37,606 nt of DNA from a virus: the IMG/VR virus record IMGVR_UViG_3300045988_011380; one strand, given 5' to 3'. Shown here piece after piece: positions 22,551 to 31,254 of this stretch (the stretch's first letter is position 1; each line of letters opens with the position of its first letter). A program made the position numbers and the translations under genes. The notes under the pieces are model-generated. The model ran no database searches. It was not told the origin of the DNA and worked only from the letters and a program-made list of their open reading frames with translations.

Positions 22551-22834
22551 GCTTCATTGCCTCCTATCGCAGCGCGTATGCGGGAGATGATTGCCTCCGG
22601 CTCTTCTGTCTTTGGCGGATGCAGGATGTCGGCGTAGCGCTTGGTGAGCGTTACCTCCCGGTGCAGGGCGGCATAGAGCGCATCGGCGACGTAGAGCCGG
22701 AAAGACAGGTCCTCAACGCGCCGCGCTTCTTTCGATTGCGCGTATCGCAGGATTGATTTTACGCTTTGTTCTCCGGCGTATTCTCCGGCGCAGAGCCAGC
22801 ACGTCTCGCGCCAACCTGCGCCTGCGTAAAAAAA
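22547..22834 (-). CDS. tail assembly chaperone frameshift extension (T part of G-T)
   Basis: The -1 frame relative to 22759..23157 is open from the slippery run to 22547 and reads ...SVKSILRYAQSKEARRVEDLSFRLYVADALY.... The N-terminal half of track ORF 22547..23080 is not coding. Confidence 0.6.
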   Translation of the reverse strand, partial: FFYAGAGWRETCWLCAGEYAGEQSVKSILRYAQSKEARRVEDLSFRLYVADALYAALHREVTLTKRYADILHPPKTEEPEAIISRIRAAIGGNEA

Positions 22835-23157
22835 GACTTCCACACATCGTCGCCGGTGAGCGCCGCCCAATCCTGCAGGGTGGAGACGTAGGTCAGCTCC
22901 GCGGCGTATTTCTCCGGCGTGGTGCCGTAGCACACCGCCATGACGCGGCAGAAATCGTCCTCGTGCTTGGAGAGAACCTTGTAGAGTTGTGAGAGGATGT
23001 AGGATCGCTTGTCGCGGTTTTCCGGCTTCTTCTCCTGCCGGTACAGCTCCCGCGTGTCCTCGTCCTCGGCGATGTTGCACAGCGGGTCGATCAGGGCGGC
23101 AAAGGCGCTCAACGCGCCCTTGCCTTTGATCTCGGACGGAAGTGTCAGCTTCTTCAC
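22759..23157 (-). CDS. tail assembly chaperone (G-like)
   Basis: 132-aa ORF between the major tail and tape measure genes, with a slippery T7 near its 3' end. Confidence 0.75.
   Translation of the reverse strand: MKKLTLPSEIKGKGALSAFAALIDPLCNIAEDEDTRELYRQEKKPENRDKRSYILSQLYKVLSKHEDDFCRVMAVCYGTTPEKYAAELTYVSTLQDWAALTGDDVWKSFFTQAQVGARRAGSAPENTPENKA
22828..22834 (-). promoter_or_regulatory. -1 programmed frameshift slippery heptamer (U UUU UUU)
   Basis: A7 on the plus strand, which is TCT TTT TTT ACG in the G frame. The -1 frame continues open to 22547. Confidence 0.6.
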
Positions 23158-23741
23158 GCCTCGTCCGTTCCTTCCTTGATGAACACCTCGAACGGCACGA
23201 CCGTCTGAGCGCTCATGCTTACATGGCCGGTAAACTCAAACGCGAACTGCGCCTTTCCCTTGTCGGTACTCTGGAGGGAGAAGCCGCCGGTGGAGAGGGC
23301 ATTGAGAATGTGGATGGCGCAATAGCCGCCGTTCGTCTCGCCGTTCTTGTCGGAATAGTCGCAGACGAACCAGAGATCCTTAAAGTCTGCGGACTTGATG
23401 TCCGTGCGCGGCGTGATCTTCGTCGCGTCGGTCGTTCCGACATCCGCAGCCGCCATGAGCCGGGCGGCGCCTGACGGATTCACCGTAATGAGCGTGCCGG
23501 AGATCTTGATCTCCCACGATTCGAGCTTTTTTAGCTCTTTCATATTCTTCGGGCAGTTGTCGATGTCCTCGCCGAAGTCCGTGAACGTGGGGGTGGCGGT
23601 GAAGTTGATGCCGCCGGAGGTAGCTCCGAGGATGTTTGCATCCTCGATGGTCGGCGTCGCGGGGGTAAAGGCATCAAGGAGAACACCGGCATTGATGCCG
23701 ATATTCTTGAAGGTATCTTCGGGAATTTTTGTAAACTTCAT
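23154..23741 (-). CDS. major tail protein
   Basis: 195-aa ORF upstream of the chaperone pair. Call rests on position and size. Confidence 0.75.
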   Translation of the reverse strand: MKFTKIPEDTFKNIGINAGVLLDAFTPATPTIEDANILGATSGGINFTATPTFTDFGEDIDNCPKNMKELKKLESWEIKISGTLITVNPSGAARLMAAADVGTTDATKITPRTDIKSADFKDLWFVCDYSDKNGETNGGYCAIHILNALSTGGFSLQSTDKGKAQFAFEFTGHVSMSAQTVVPFEVFIKEGTDEA

Positions 23742-23750
23742 TTTTTCACC

Positions 23751-24119
23751 TCAATCTTGCGTTAAAAATTCAGCCGTTATATTGATATAACGGCCTTTGA
23801 TCTTATCGTCCGCCGCGTCGGTCTGCGGCTGGGAAAACGGCGTGCCGCGCTGAATGAGGATCGCGCCGCCGTTGCAGGGAACATAAACGCCGCCCAACCC
23901 GATGGCTTTGGAAATCTCCTCCGACTTGCTGACGATGGGAAGGAGGGAATCGCCGTAATACCATAGATTGATCACTATGGGCATTGCGCCGTCGTCGATG
24001 GAGCCGATGGTCTGCTCATACACGAGGTACGGGAACGCAGCGTCGGCTTCCGCCTGATTCGGATAGGCGGGAATGCCGAACGACGACATGAACGAATGTA
24101 GAGCCTCCGCCTTCGTCAT
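23751..24119 (-). CDS. tail completion / tail terminator-like protein
   Basis: 122-aa ORF in the head-tail joining block; call by position. Confidence 0.5.
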   Translation of the reverse strand: MTKAEALHSFMSSFGIPAYPNQAEADAAFPYLVYEQTIGSIDDGAMPIVINLWYYGDSLLPIVSKSEEISKAIGLGGVYVPCNGGAILIQRGTPFSQPQTDAADDKIKGRYINITAEFLTQD

Positions 24120-24454
24120 GGCAGCGCCGCCAATCTGCGGACGTTGTACCGCTCGAACTGGAAGCTGGAAGCCGACGGAGTTTTCGGCAGTTTGGAAACG
24201 ACGAGGTAATAGCTGCCGTCCGCCTTGATCACGTCCTGCTCGTCGAGGTTGGTGTTCACAGGCGTGACAATGGTATCGGTGTAGGCGACGCCCGCCTGTT
24301 GGGCGGCGATACGCTCCGTAGGTGTGAGGGAGGAAAACGCAGCGCTGATCTCCGCGCCCTCCGTCCAGCCGTTCACGAAGCCACCGACGCCGTCCGGGAC
24401 TTTCGTCTTGTTCATCACGACGGCGGGCGCGTAAAAAGTCTCGTATAGGCTCAT
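24116..24454 (-). CDS. head-tail adaptor / head closure protein
   Basis: Met 49 of the track ORF, preceded by GGAGGAAG, with ATGA coupling. 112 aa. Confidence 0.55.
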   Translation of the reverse strand: MSLYETFYAPAVVMNKTKVPDGVGGFVNGWTEGAEISAAFSSLTPTERIAAQQAGVAYTDTIVTPVNTNLDEQDVIKADGSYYLVVSKLPKTPSASSFQFERYNVRRLAALP

Positions 24455-24885
24455 ATCTTCCTCCATCGGTTCAGGCGGGAGGCAAAAGCGCCTTGCCATG
24501 AGGCGGAATCGCTTCCCGTTCCCTTGCTGTAGGAATAGCCGCCGAAGCTCTCGCTCTGGTATGGGCTTGCGAGAACATCGGCGTTTTTGGCTTTCCATTC
24601 CTCGATCTCGGCGGCGATAGCTTCCAGCGCGGGCGGGATCGCCATAGCCCAGATCGCGCCGTCAAACGTTTCGTCCGCGGGGAGCTTATCCCCGCAGCGA
24701 TACACTCCGTCGCAGAAGACGCTGCCGACGACGCGAAAAAACTGTCCGGCGGCGAGAAACGGCAGCGTGATCTCGCCGTCATTCACGGTGTACTCGCCGG
24801 GAACAATGTCCATGGCGAAATAGTTGTGCAGCGAAGCACAAATCTCGTCGATCATTGCCCCGCTGCACTTGGTATTCTCATTCAC
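24451..24885 (-). CDS. head-tail connector (gp6-like) protein
   Basis: 144-aa ORF with a GTG start 7 nt after AGGAGGG, directly after the capsid gene. Confidence 0.55.
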   Translation of the reverse strand: MNENTKCSGAMIDEICASLHNYFAMDIVPGEYTVNDGEITLPFLAAGQFFRVVGSVFCDGVYRCGDKLPADETFDGAIWAMAIPPALEAIAAEIEEWKAKNADVLASPYQSESFGGYSYSKGTGSDSASWQGAFASRLNRWRKI

Positions 24886-24900
24886 GCTGCCGCCCTCCTA

Positions 24901-25767
24901 TCAGGACACGGAGGCGAGGAGCTTGGCGATCTTCGTGCCGTCCGTGACCTTCGCGCCGTAGACGTGCAGGCCCTTGACCGCGTCGGCAAAACGGCTCTCC
25001 ATGCGGTACGCCTCGGTCTTGATGATCTGCTCGGCGTAGGTGGTGGCGTCGGTGATCTGCGCGGTGATCTCGAAATAGGGCGTCTTGCCGGTGTCCGTGC
25101 CGGTGCCGGTCTTGACGTTGTTGGACATGTAAACGTCGAAACCGGCGATGCGGCCAACAAGGCCGTTGATAAGGGCTTCCTGTCCGGCGGTCGCGGTGCT
25201 CTTGGCGAAGCGGTCGTCGAGCAGGAGGAGGGAGTGGACGTCCGGGGGAACGACGATGGTGCGGCCCGTGTTGGGGACGTTCGCCTTGTCGAGCTTCGTC
25301 TTGAGCTTCACGATGTTCTCATAGACGTTGGAGCCGGTGAGGGCAACGGGGGCGGCGGCAGAGCCGATGGTGTTTCCGGCAGCGGCACCGGCAGCAATCA
25401 CGCCGAGAAGGTAGGCGTCGGAAACGTCGGCGAGGGCGTAGGCGGCGCGTCCCATCGCGGTATCGACCAGCTCGCCCGCGGCCTGCACCTTGTCCACGTC
25501 ATCGACCTGGAAGTTAAAGTACTTGGCCTGGTCAATAACAAGGGTCTGATCGGTCGTGGTCAGGGTTTCGGGAGCGTCGATGTCGGTATTCTTGGTGTAG
25601 CTCTTTACGGTGATCGCACCGATGGTGTTGATGTGGACGGTGTCGCCATGGTTGCTGATCTCGCCCTCATAGTTGCGGTTGACGAGGTTGGTGGCGACGT
25701 GCGCCTTTTCGAGCGCATAGAGAAGTCGGGCGCTCCAAAGTTCGGGAATAAAAGTGGTTACAGCCAT
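24901..25767 (-). CDS. major capsid protein
   Basis: 288-aa ORF (MAVTTFIPELWSARLL...NYEGEISNHGDTVHIN) following the scaffold gene. Confidence 0.85.
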   Translation of the reverse strand: MAVTTFIPELWSARLLYALEKAHVATNLVNRNYEGEISNHGDTVHINTIGAITVKSYTKNTDIDAPETLTTTDQTLVIDQAKYFNFQVDDVDKVQAAGELVDTAMGRAAYALADVSDAYLLGVIAAGAAAGNTIGSAAAPVALTGSNVYENIVKLKTKLDKANVPNTGRTIVVPPDVHSLLLLDDRFAKSTATAGQEALINGLVGRIAGFDVYMSNNVKTGTGTDTGKTPYFEITAQITDATTYAEQIIKTEAYRMESRFADAVKGLHVYGAKVTDGTKIAKLLASVS

Positions 25768-25773
25768 TGTGAA

Positions 25774-26373
25774 TTAGTCTCCTTTCCGGTTGAGGGACGC
25801 CTTTACCGCGTCCCAATTCTTGTTAATTTCGGCGGCGGACATTTTCTTGATTTCGTCCGTCGTGTAGCGGGTGACAGGATTGTTGTTCGGCGGGGTGGGG
25901 GTGTTCGCGCCCTGCGTCTGCGTCGTGGACACGAGCGGCTTAAATGCGCCCGCGATAAGCGCGTCGAGGGACGCGGCGTCTTTGATCTTGTCCCCGTCCA
26001 TTTCGAGCGCGGCCATTTCCTCGCCGCAGCCACGCATGGCGAGGTCGAGATTCCCGCCGGTGATGTGCTTGCTCTCGAAGTAAGCCCGGACGGCTTTCTC
26101 TTTCGCCGCCTTGGATTCCTTCGCGGTGACGTCGGCTTTGTACGCCTCGAAATCGGAGTGCTCCTTTTCGTATTTCGATTTGTAGCCGTCGTCGCCTTTG
26201 GCTTTGAGCGCGTCAAGCTCGGCCTGTACGGCCGGGATCTTTTCCGCGTCCGCCTTGAATGCGTCGCGCTGTTCCTTGAGCGCGTCGGTGGTCTCGACGT
26301 GCATCTCGACGATGCTGTCAACCTGTTCGTCGGTGAGCCCCATTGCCTTGAGGGCCTTTCTTGTGAGTGCCAT
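25774..26373 (-). CDS. scaffolding protein
   Basis: 199-aa charged helical ORF immediately upstream of the capsid gene. Confidence 0.8.
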   Translation of the reverse strand: MALTRKALKAMGLTDEQVDSIVEMHVETTDALKEQRDAFKADAEKIPAVQAELDALKAKGDDGYKSKYEKEHSDFEAYKADVTAKESKAAKEKAVRAYFESKHITGGNLDLAMRGCGEEMAALEMDGDKIKDAASLDALIAGAFKPLVSTTQTQGANTPTPPNNNPVTRYTTDEIKKMSAAEINKNWDAVKASLNRKGD

Positions 26374-26398
26374 AACGATTACTCCTTTTCATTCTTTC

Positions 26399-26493
26399 GC
26401 GGCGGTGCATCGCCGCAGAGTATTAAAAAAGCCGCTTAAAAAAGCGGCAGTAAAAAAATCAGCTTACGGCGGTGCATCGCTGTAAGCTGATTT
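26399..26493 (-). terminator. three consecutive hairpins; two look like rho-independent terminators on the minus strand
   Basis: Hairpin C: 26456-26493, 12-bp stem followed by T7. Hairpin B: 26431-26448, 7-bp stem followed by T6. Hairpin A: 26399-26416, 6-bp GC stem. The 13-nt motif ggcggtgcatcgc occurs at 26401-26413 and 26468-26480. Confidence 0.6.
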
Positions 26494-26503
26494 CTTTATT
26501 CGG

Positions 26504-26920
26504 TTATTTGCTGAGGTATTCCTTGATGATCTCCTTATAGTCGTCAAGGCTGCGCTCGACCGCGTTTTTCAGAAAGCGCCGGGGCTTTTGCGGATAGCCC
26601 ATGCGGAATTGCCCGGTTGCCGGATCGCGGTATACCCAACGCTCTTTAGGCGTTCCGCCGCCGATGGCGTATTTGCCGGTTCCCTCGTGGACGTATACGG
26701 CGTAATTGACGTTCGTTCCGACCTCGACGGAATCGCCATCCACCTGATGGGCGATGCTCGAGCGCAAACGCCCGGTGTCGACAGCGCCGACGTCGGTAAT
26801 CTCGTCCTTTACATCGCCCTCCGCCTGTATGCCGACGGCTTCCAATGCCCGCAGCTTCTGTTCGGCGGTGGCTTTGATAACATCGGCGACGTTGTCATAG
26901 AGCTTATAAACGAATGGCAT
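26504..26920 (-). CDS. HK97 gp10-family protein
   Basis: Met 54 of the track ORF. VDTGRLRSSIAHQVDGDSVEVGTNVNYAVYVHEGTG matches the gp10-family signature from memory. Confidence 0.65.
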   Translation of the reverse strand: MPFVYKLYDNVADVIKATAEQKLRALEAVGIQAEGDVKDEITDVGAVDTGRLRSSIAHQVDGDSVEVGTNVNYAVYVHEGTGKYAIGGGTPKERWVYRDPATGQFRMGYPQKPRRFLKNAVERSLDDYKEIIKEYLSK

Positions 26921-27141
26921 TAGAAATCCGGCTCCCATTCGTCCATTCCGCCGCCGAGGTCGCTGTAAGGACACGCCTTGCATACGCGCCGGGCATTCTC
27001 GATGTCCTCGATCTCGGCAAGCTCCTTTGTGGATGAAATCTTGAACATACCTGTCAGGCAGCAAAGTGAATCGTAACACAAATCTGCCGTAATCACGCGC
27101 CCATACGCCGGGCAGTAATGATCTGCATCATAATCCAGCAT
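26920..27141 (-). CDS. small Cys-rich acidic protein, candidate immunity partner of the MuF C-terminal domain
   Basis: 73-aa ORF. GGAGG lies 9 nt upstream. Its start overlaps the MuF stop by 14 nt. Confidence 0.5.
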   Translation of the reverse strand: MLDYDADHYCPAYGRVITADLCYDSLCCLTGMFKISSTKELAEIEDIENARRVCKACPYSDLGGGMDEWEPDF

Positions 27142-28642
27142 TTTTTATTGCCTCCATCATTGTATCAATTTCCTCATCGTAATCTGCGCGTTTCCACGCA
27201 GTTTTGTATATCCATTGGTCGTTTTCTCGCGTAATTATGCTTATTCCATCGGAAGAAACAAACATTTTCCTTCTTCCGTTCCATTGCACAAACATTATTT
27301 TTGCATTATCCATATATCCGCGTACTTCATCGTCGGTAATTCCGCGTTCAAGCATACGGTGCATGATATGATACGGATCACGTTTTCCACTTGGGAGGAT
27401 ATACGCTCTCTCTTGAACAGGAGGAAGCACAACACCGCGTTCTATTCCGGCCGTTTTTAATTCCCGCTCGACATCGTAGAACGGCTGACTGCTTTCCGGG
27501 TATTTGTCGAGGTATTTTTTCAGACCCTTGACATACTTCCATTTCTCGGTATCAGTATACTTGAAACTCTGGAAATCATCAAATGTTTTCGGCACATTGT
27601 CCCCGACGATTTTTCGGTATTCCTGCCATTGGGCATAATCGGAGCTGCGGCGGGCGGCTTTCTTGAAAGCGAGCGTTGTACCCTCCGGGTCTTCCGCCAT
27701 CTTCTTTTCCAGCCACTCGGTATACGTTTCCCGTTTCCGTCCGTGTCCCTTGACTACGGCTTTGACGGAACAGCGGCAGTTATAAATATTCCAGCCGGAC
27801 GCGCCGTGCGACGTGTCGCCGGGGAACATCAGCTTCTCCCCGCCGACGGTGAACGCTTCCTCCATGCCCACGCGCTGACCGTCTGCCTTGCCGTGCCATT
27901 TTCGGGTACGGTGATCCTTGGTGGCGATCCACTCGCGCTCCATGTCGATGCCCATTGCCGCGGCTTTCTCATACGTCGCCTGACGTCCGCCGTTCTCGGC
28001 GGCGGTAACGGCGGTTCGGGCGGCACGGATGGCGCTCTCGATCTCCATATCCGTAATGCGGCGGCGGAGGTCTGCGGCGATCTCTCGAATGCTGCGTCCC
28101 ATGAGGATGCCGGATGTGACGGCGTTCGTGATCTGCTTCTTTCCGTACTCGAGGTCGATGTTCCGGCGGACGGCTTTTGCCTTGGGATAATACGGCATTA
28201 AATCCGGCTGCTCAACGATCAGGCGGCGGACGGTCTGCTCATCGTAGAGGGTGAAATCGCCGCCAGCGTCCGATACCTCATACGCGGCATAGTTGCGGTT
28301 GAGCGTATATATCCCCGGTGTGGCGTCGTTGACGTAGGAGATGGCTACCTCGTTTGCGTTGGTGAGCCGTTCGGCGAGCTTATTCCGCAGGGCTTCAAAG
28401 CGCTCGCCGCGCCCCATCTGGGCGAGCCGCCATTGTTTGTAGTCTTCTTCCGTCCATTCGCGCCCGTTGACGATGGTGCCGATGAGCTTTTGCATTTCCT
28501 CATCACGGAGGCGGAAGTTGGCGAAATACTCGTCGATGATCTGCTGGAGGTTTTTTTCCGCGCCGCCGTACATCTCCCGGATGCGCTTTTCGAGCGCCGC
28601 CAGCTCAGCGTCGGTCAGGCGGCGTCCCTCGTCGCGCTTCAT
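27128..28642 (-). CDS. minor head protein (SPP1 gp7 / MuF family) with a ~200-aa C-terminal extension ending in a small toxin-like domain
   Basis: The MuF core ends around FPGDTSHGASGWNIYNCRCSV (aa ~270-292). The extension ends DPYHIMHRMLERGITDDEVRGYMDNAKIMFVQWNGRRKMFVSSDGISIIT. The 3' ~500 nt are visibly AT-richer. Confidence 0.8.
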   Translation of the reverse strand: MKRDEGRRLTDAELAALEKRIREMYGGAEKNLQQIIDEYFANFRLRDEEMQKLIGTIVNGREWTEEDYKQWRLAQMGRGERFEALRNKLAERLTNANEVAISYVNDATPGIYTLNRNYAAYEVSDAGGDFTLYDEQTVRRLIVEQPDLMPYYPKAKAVRRNIDLEYGKKQITNAVTSGILMGRSIREIAADLRRRITDMEIESAIRAARTAVTAAENGGRQATYEKAAAMGIDMEREWIATKDHRTRKWHGKADGQRVGMEEAFTVGGEKLMFPGDTSHGASGWNIYNCRCSVKAVVKGHGRKRETYTEWLEKKMAEDPEGTTLAFKKAARRSSDYAQWQEYRKIVGDNVPKTFDDFQSFKYTDTEKWKYVKGLKKYLDKYPESSQPFYDVERELKTAGIERGVVLPPVQERAYILPSGKRDPYHIMHRMLERGITDDEVRGYMDNAKIMFVQWNGRRKMFVSSDGISIITRENDQWIYKTAWKRADYDEEIDTMMEAIKNAGL

Positions 28643-29982
28643 TCATCCAGACCGAGGCGGGCGACCGCCGCGCTGTCCCGGCGCTGCATGAGATCGTCGA
28701 ACTGGTCGGCGTCGCCGTTGATGGTGAGCAGCTTTTTGATGATGTATTCCTCATCGTAGAACTGCGCGGCGAGGATGAGGCTTTGCGTCTCCTCCTGCCG
28801 GTTGATGATCTGGCTGCGCGTGTAGGTCGGCTTGTCATCGATGCCGAGCAGGGAGAGGATGCCGACAATGAAGCGCGTGACCTGCGCTTCAAACATATCT
28901 GTCTTGAGATCGAGAGGAACATACGCCGCCTTGATCGCCGTCGCGGTCTGGTTTCCGGCGGATACGGCGGCGCTGTCAAAGCATTGGAAATCCTCGAACA
29001 GCTTCTTCTTGAGCATATCAATGGTTGTGTTCGTTCCGGCATACGGCGCTTCGAGGGTGTGCGCCTCCGCCTTTGCGCCCTCATCGCCGTCGGCGTGGGC
29101 AACGTGCGTGGTTTTCAGCCGCTCGACAAACCGGGCGTCGTCGAGGTCGTCCATGCCACCGCAGTTGGTGAGGACCCAATAGATGAGGTTTCCCTCGTCC
29201 ACGTTGTTCACCATGTTCGAGGTGGCGAGGTCGAGGGCGTCAATGGTGTTGCGCTTGCCGACGATCTCCGACAATCCGCGTTCGTTGTTAAACAGCGGCA
29301 CGATTGGAAATCCGGTATAATTCTCGCCGTCGAGTATTTCCGTTCCGCCGACATCGGAAGAGCGTACAAGCTGCTTGTAGGCTCTCTTGTCCTGCATGAT
29401 CGTCATCGGCTCGTCCTTGCGCTGGATGAACTCGGTGAAGCCGTCCAGCTCGTAGAGCGTGACGCGCTTCGGCTTTTCCGGCGCGAGCTGCCAGAAGCGG
29501 ATACCGGCGGAGAGTGCGCCCGTTTCCTCATCGTAGAGCGGCACAAACTCCGTCAGGCGAAAGACGCGCAAATGCTCCCAATCCCAGAAGCCGAACGAAA
29601 CGCCGCCGATCTGCGCATACTTGGCGGCGGTCATAATCTCCTCGTCGAAGTCGGCGCAGAGCTTGTCTGCTGTTTTCTTGTCCGCGAACGTGACGCCGTT
29701 GCCGAGGAGATACGCGACCTGCTGGTTAACGTCGAAGCGAAAGAACGAGGACGCGAGCTTGTGATTCGCCGTGAACATATCGCGATGTGCCTTGCCTTTG
29801 AGATCGTAGAGGATCTTTTCATACCGGCTGATCGTTGGGTTCTCGCCGTTATAGTACAGGTCGGCGTCCTCCGCTGTGTGGTACGACTTGCTGCCGGTGT
29901 GCTCGTCGATGGCGTTGTTGATGAACGTCGTCCTCGCGTCGAGCGATCCTCCCGCGGCGAGTAAGTCCTGATATGTGTACAT
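28639..29982 (-). CDS. portal protein
   Basis: 447-aa ORF between TerL and the MuF-like head protein; SPP1 gp6-like size and position. Confidence 0.88.
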   Translation of the reverse strand: MYTYQDLLAAGGSLDARTTFINNAIDEHTGSKSYHTAEDADLYYNGENPTISRYEKILYDLKGKAHRDMFTANHKLASSFFRFDVNQQVAYLLGNGVTFADKKTADKLCADFDEEIMTAAKYAQIGGVSFGFWDWEHLRVFRLTEFVPLYDEETGALSAGIRFWQLAPEKPKRVTLYELDGFTEFIQRKDEPMTIMQDKRAYKQLVRSSDVGGTEILDGENYTGFPIVPLFNNERGLSEIVGKRNTIDALDLATSNMVNNVDEGNLIYWVLTNCGGMDDLDDARFVERLKTTHVAHADGDEGAKAEAHTLEAPYAGTNTTIDMLKKKLFEDFQCFDSAAVSAGNQTATAIKAAYVPLDLKTDMFEAQVTRFIVGILSLLGIDDKPTYTRSQIINRQEETQSLILAAQFYDEEYIIKKLLTINGDADQFDDLMQRRDSAAVARLGLDE

Positions 29983-29991
29983 ATTTCCTCC

Positions 29992-31254
29992 TCACATCCA
30001 CAACGGGATGTATTCCGTGTCCTTTTTATTCCACAGCTTTCGCACGATGGACGAGGCGCTGTCCGGCGCGTCGTCGTGCTCGGCGTTCTCGGTGTAGTCG
30101 CAAATCTGATTGATGTATTCCGCGTCCGTCCCGGCGACGAATACCACGTTTTTCCACTCGCTTTTTAAATAGCTCGTGATCTTGACAAATTTGTTTGTCT
30201 TTTCGTGGTAGGTGTCGGCACGCTCGCCCTTGTCGCGGAGCGTCTTTGCAAGGTAGCCCTTATCCGAGTTCCGCTCGCAGTAGATCAGCCCGGCGTTGAA
30301 CGCCTTTCGTAGGCGGATGATCTCCGGTAAGCAGTCGTCAACGTGCTTCTGCCAGAGCCGCCCGTAAATGTAATACTTGCCGCCGGACTTTTTGCAGATA
30401 GTGAACGCGGTTCCGTCCTCGCCGCCGTAGGAGGCGTCGATATGACAGATGCCCTGCTCGGCAAGCGCCGGGTCTGCGCCCGTTTGCGGTGACGTGAAAA
30501 TAACATCATCGGACGCGATGTGGCGCAGCTCGTAGTTTGCGGCAAAAAGGGAGGCGGTCATCGCCTCCCGAATGATCTGTAATTGCTCTTTGGAAATTAA
30601 GCCGGTAGAGTAACAATCGTGCCGCTCGATGTTGGGCATGAGGGAGAAGCAGTCCTCTTTGTGCCACGGCGTGCCGGTGTTGAAAATGCGCCCGCCGCGG
30701 TTGCGGATGTTCTGCAGCTCCTGATAGACGATCTTTGTGCGGTCGCGCTCGGCCTTACTCGTGCGATCCTGCACGTTGACAATGTCGTCGGTGAAGATTC
30801 TGTCAAAGTGCTTGCCGGTGATGCTGCCATTGATGCCCATCGCAACGATCTGCGATGTGCCCTTGCTGTCGCCGGGCAAATTGGATGATAGCTCCGACGC
30901 CGTCTGCGTTGTGAGAACCATGTCCTTGCCGTGGATGAGCCGCGCCGCCTCCTGCATGGGCGGGGATAGCAAAATATTCCGCACCTGTCGGATGACCTCT
31001 TTCACGTCGGCGTCGGTCTTGCGGAGGAACAGCGTTTTCTTGTTCGGCAGCAAAATGAAAATGCACGCGAGGGCGACGGAAACGCACGTCGTTTTATACG
31101 AGCCGCGATGCGCCTGCAAGGTCTTGTCCTGCGTGCCGCGGATCATCTCCGTGATCCACCGGTTGTGCAGAGCTGTCAATTTGTCAAACCCGACGGCGTA
31201 GCCGACCTTTACCGGCTCATTCAGGAGAATTGCTATCGCCGCTTCCCGCGTCAA
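29992..31254 (-). CDS. terL: terminase large subunit
   Basis: 420-aa ORF with a Walker-A-like HRGSYKTT and a nuclease-half acidic motif; downstream of TerS. Confidence 0.9.
   Translation of the reverse strand: MTREAAIAILLNEPVKVGYAVGFDKLTALHNRWITEMIRGTQDKTLQAHRGSYKTTCVSVALACIFILLPNKKTLFLRKTDADVKEVIRQVRNILLSPPMQEAARLIHGKDMVLTTQTASELSSNLPGDSKGTSQIVAMGINGSITGKHFDRIFTDDIVNVQDRTSKAERDRTKIVYQELQNIRNRGGRIFNTGTPWHKEDCFSLMPNIERHDCYSTGLISKEQLQIIREAMTASLFAANYELRHIASDDVIFTSPQTGADPALAEQGICHIDASYGGEDGTAFTICKKSGGKYYIYGRLWQKHVDDCLPEIIRLRKAFNAGLIYCERNSDKGYLAKTLRDKGERADTYHEKTNKFVKITSYLKSEWKNVVFVAGTDAEYINQICDYTENAEHDDAPDSASSIVRKLWNKKDTEYIPLWM

Noticed and set aside
22835-23080. N-terminal half of the 177-aa track ORF 22547..23080
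   Set aside because: It overlaps the G chaperone gene in another frame and has an Arg/Gly/His-rich nonsense-like sequence. Only the part downstream of the slippery T7 is used, via a -1 frameshift.
24826-26439. 537-aa plus-strand ORF opposite the capsid and scaffold genes
   Set aside because: It is Gly/Val/Asp/Arg-rich and low-complexity, with no RBS. It is a typical shadow ORF antisense to GC3-rich genes. The minus-strand capsid and scaffold genes explain the region.
28783-29964. 393-aa plus-strand ORF opposite the portal gene. Similar cases: 20376..21512, 15951..16958, 1059..1997, 27629..28201
   Set aside because: All are antisense to strongly supported genes. They have Arg/Gly/Val/Leu-biased composition and no RBS. 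Long open antisense frames are expected at this GC content.
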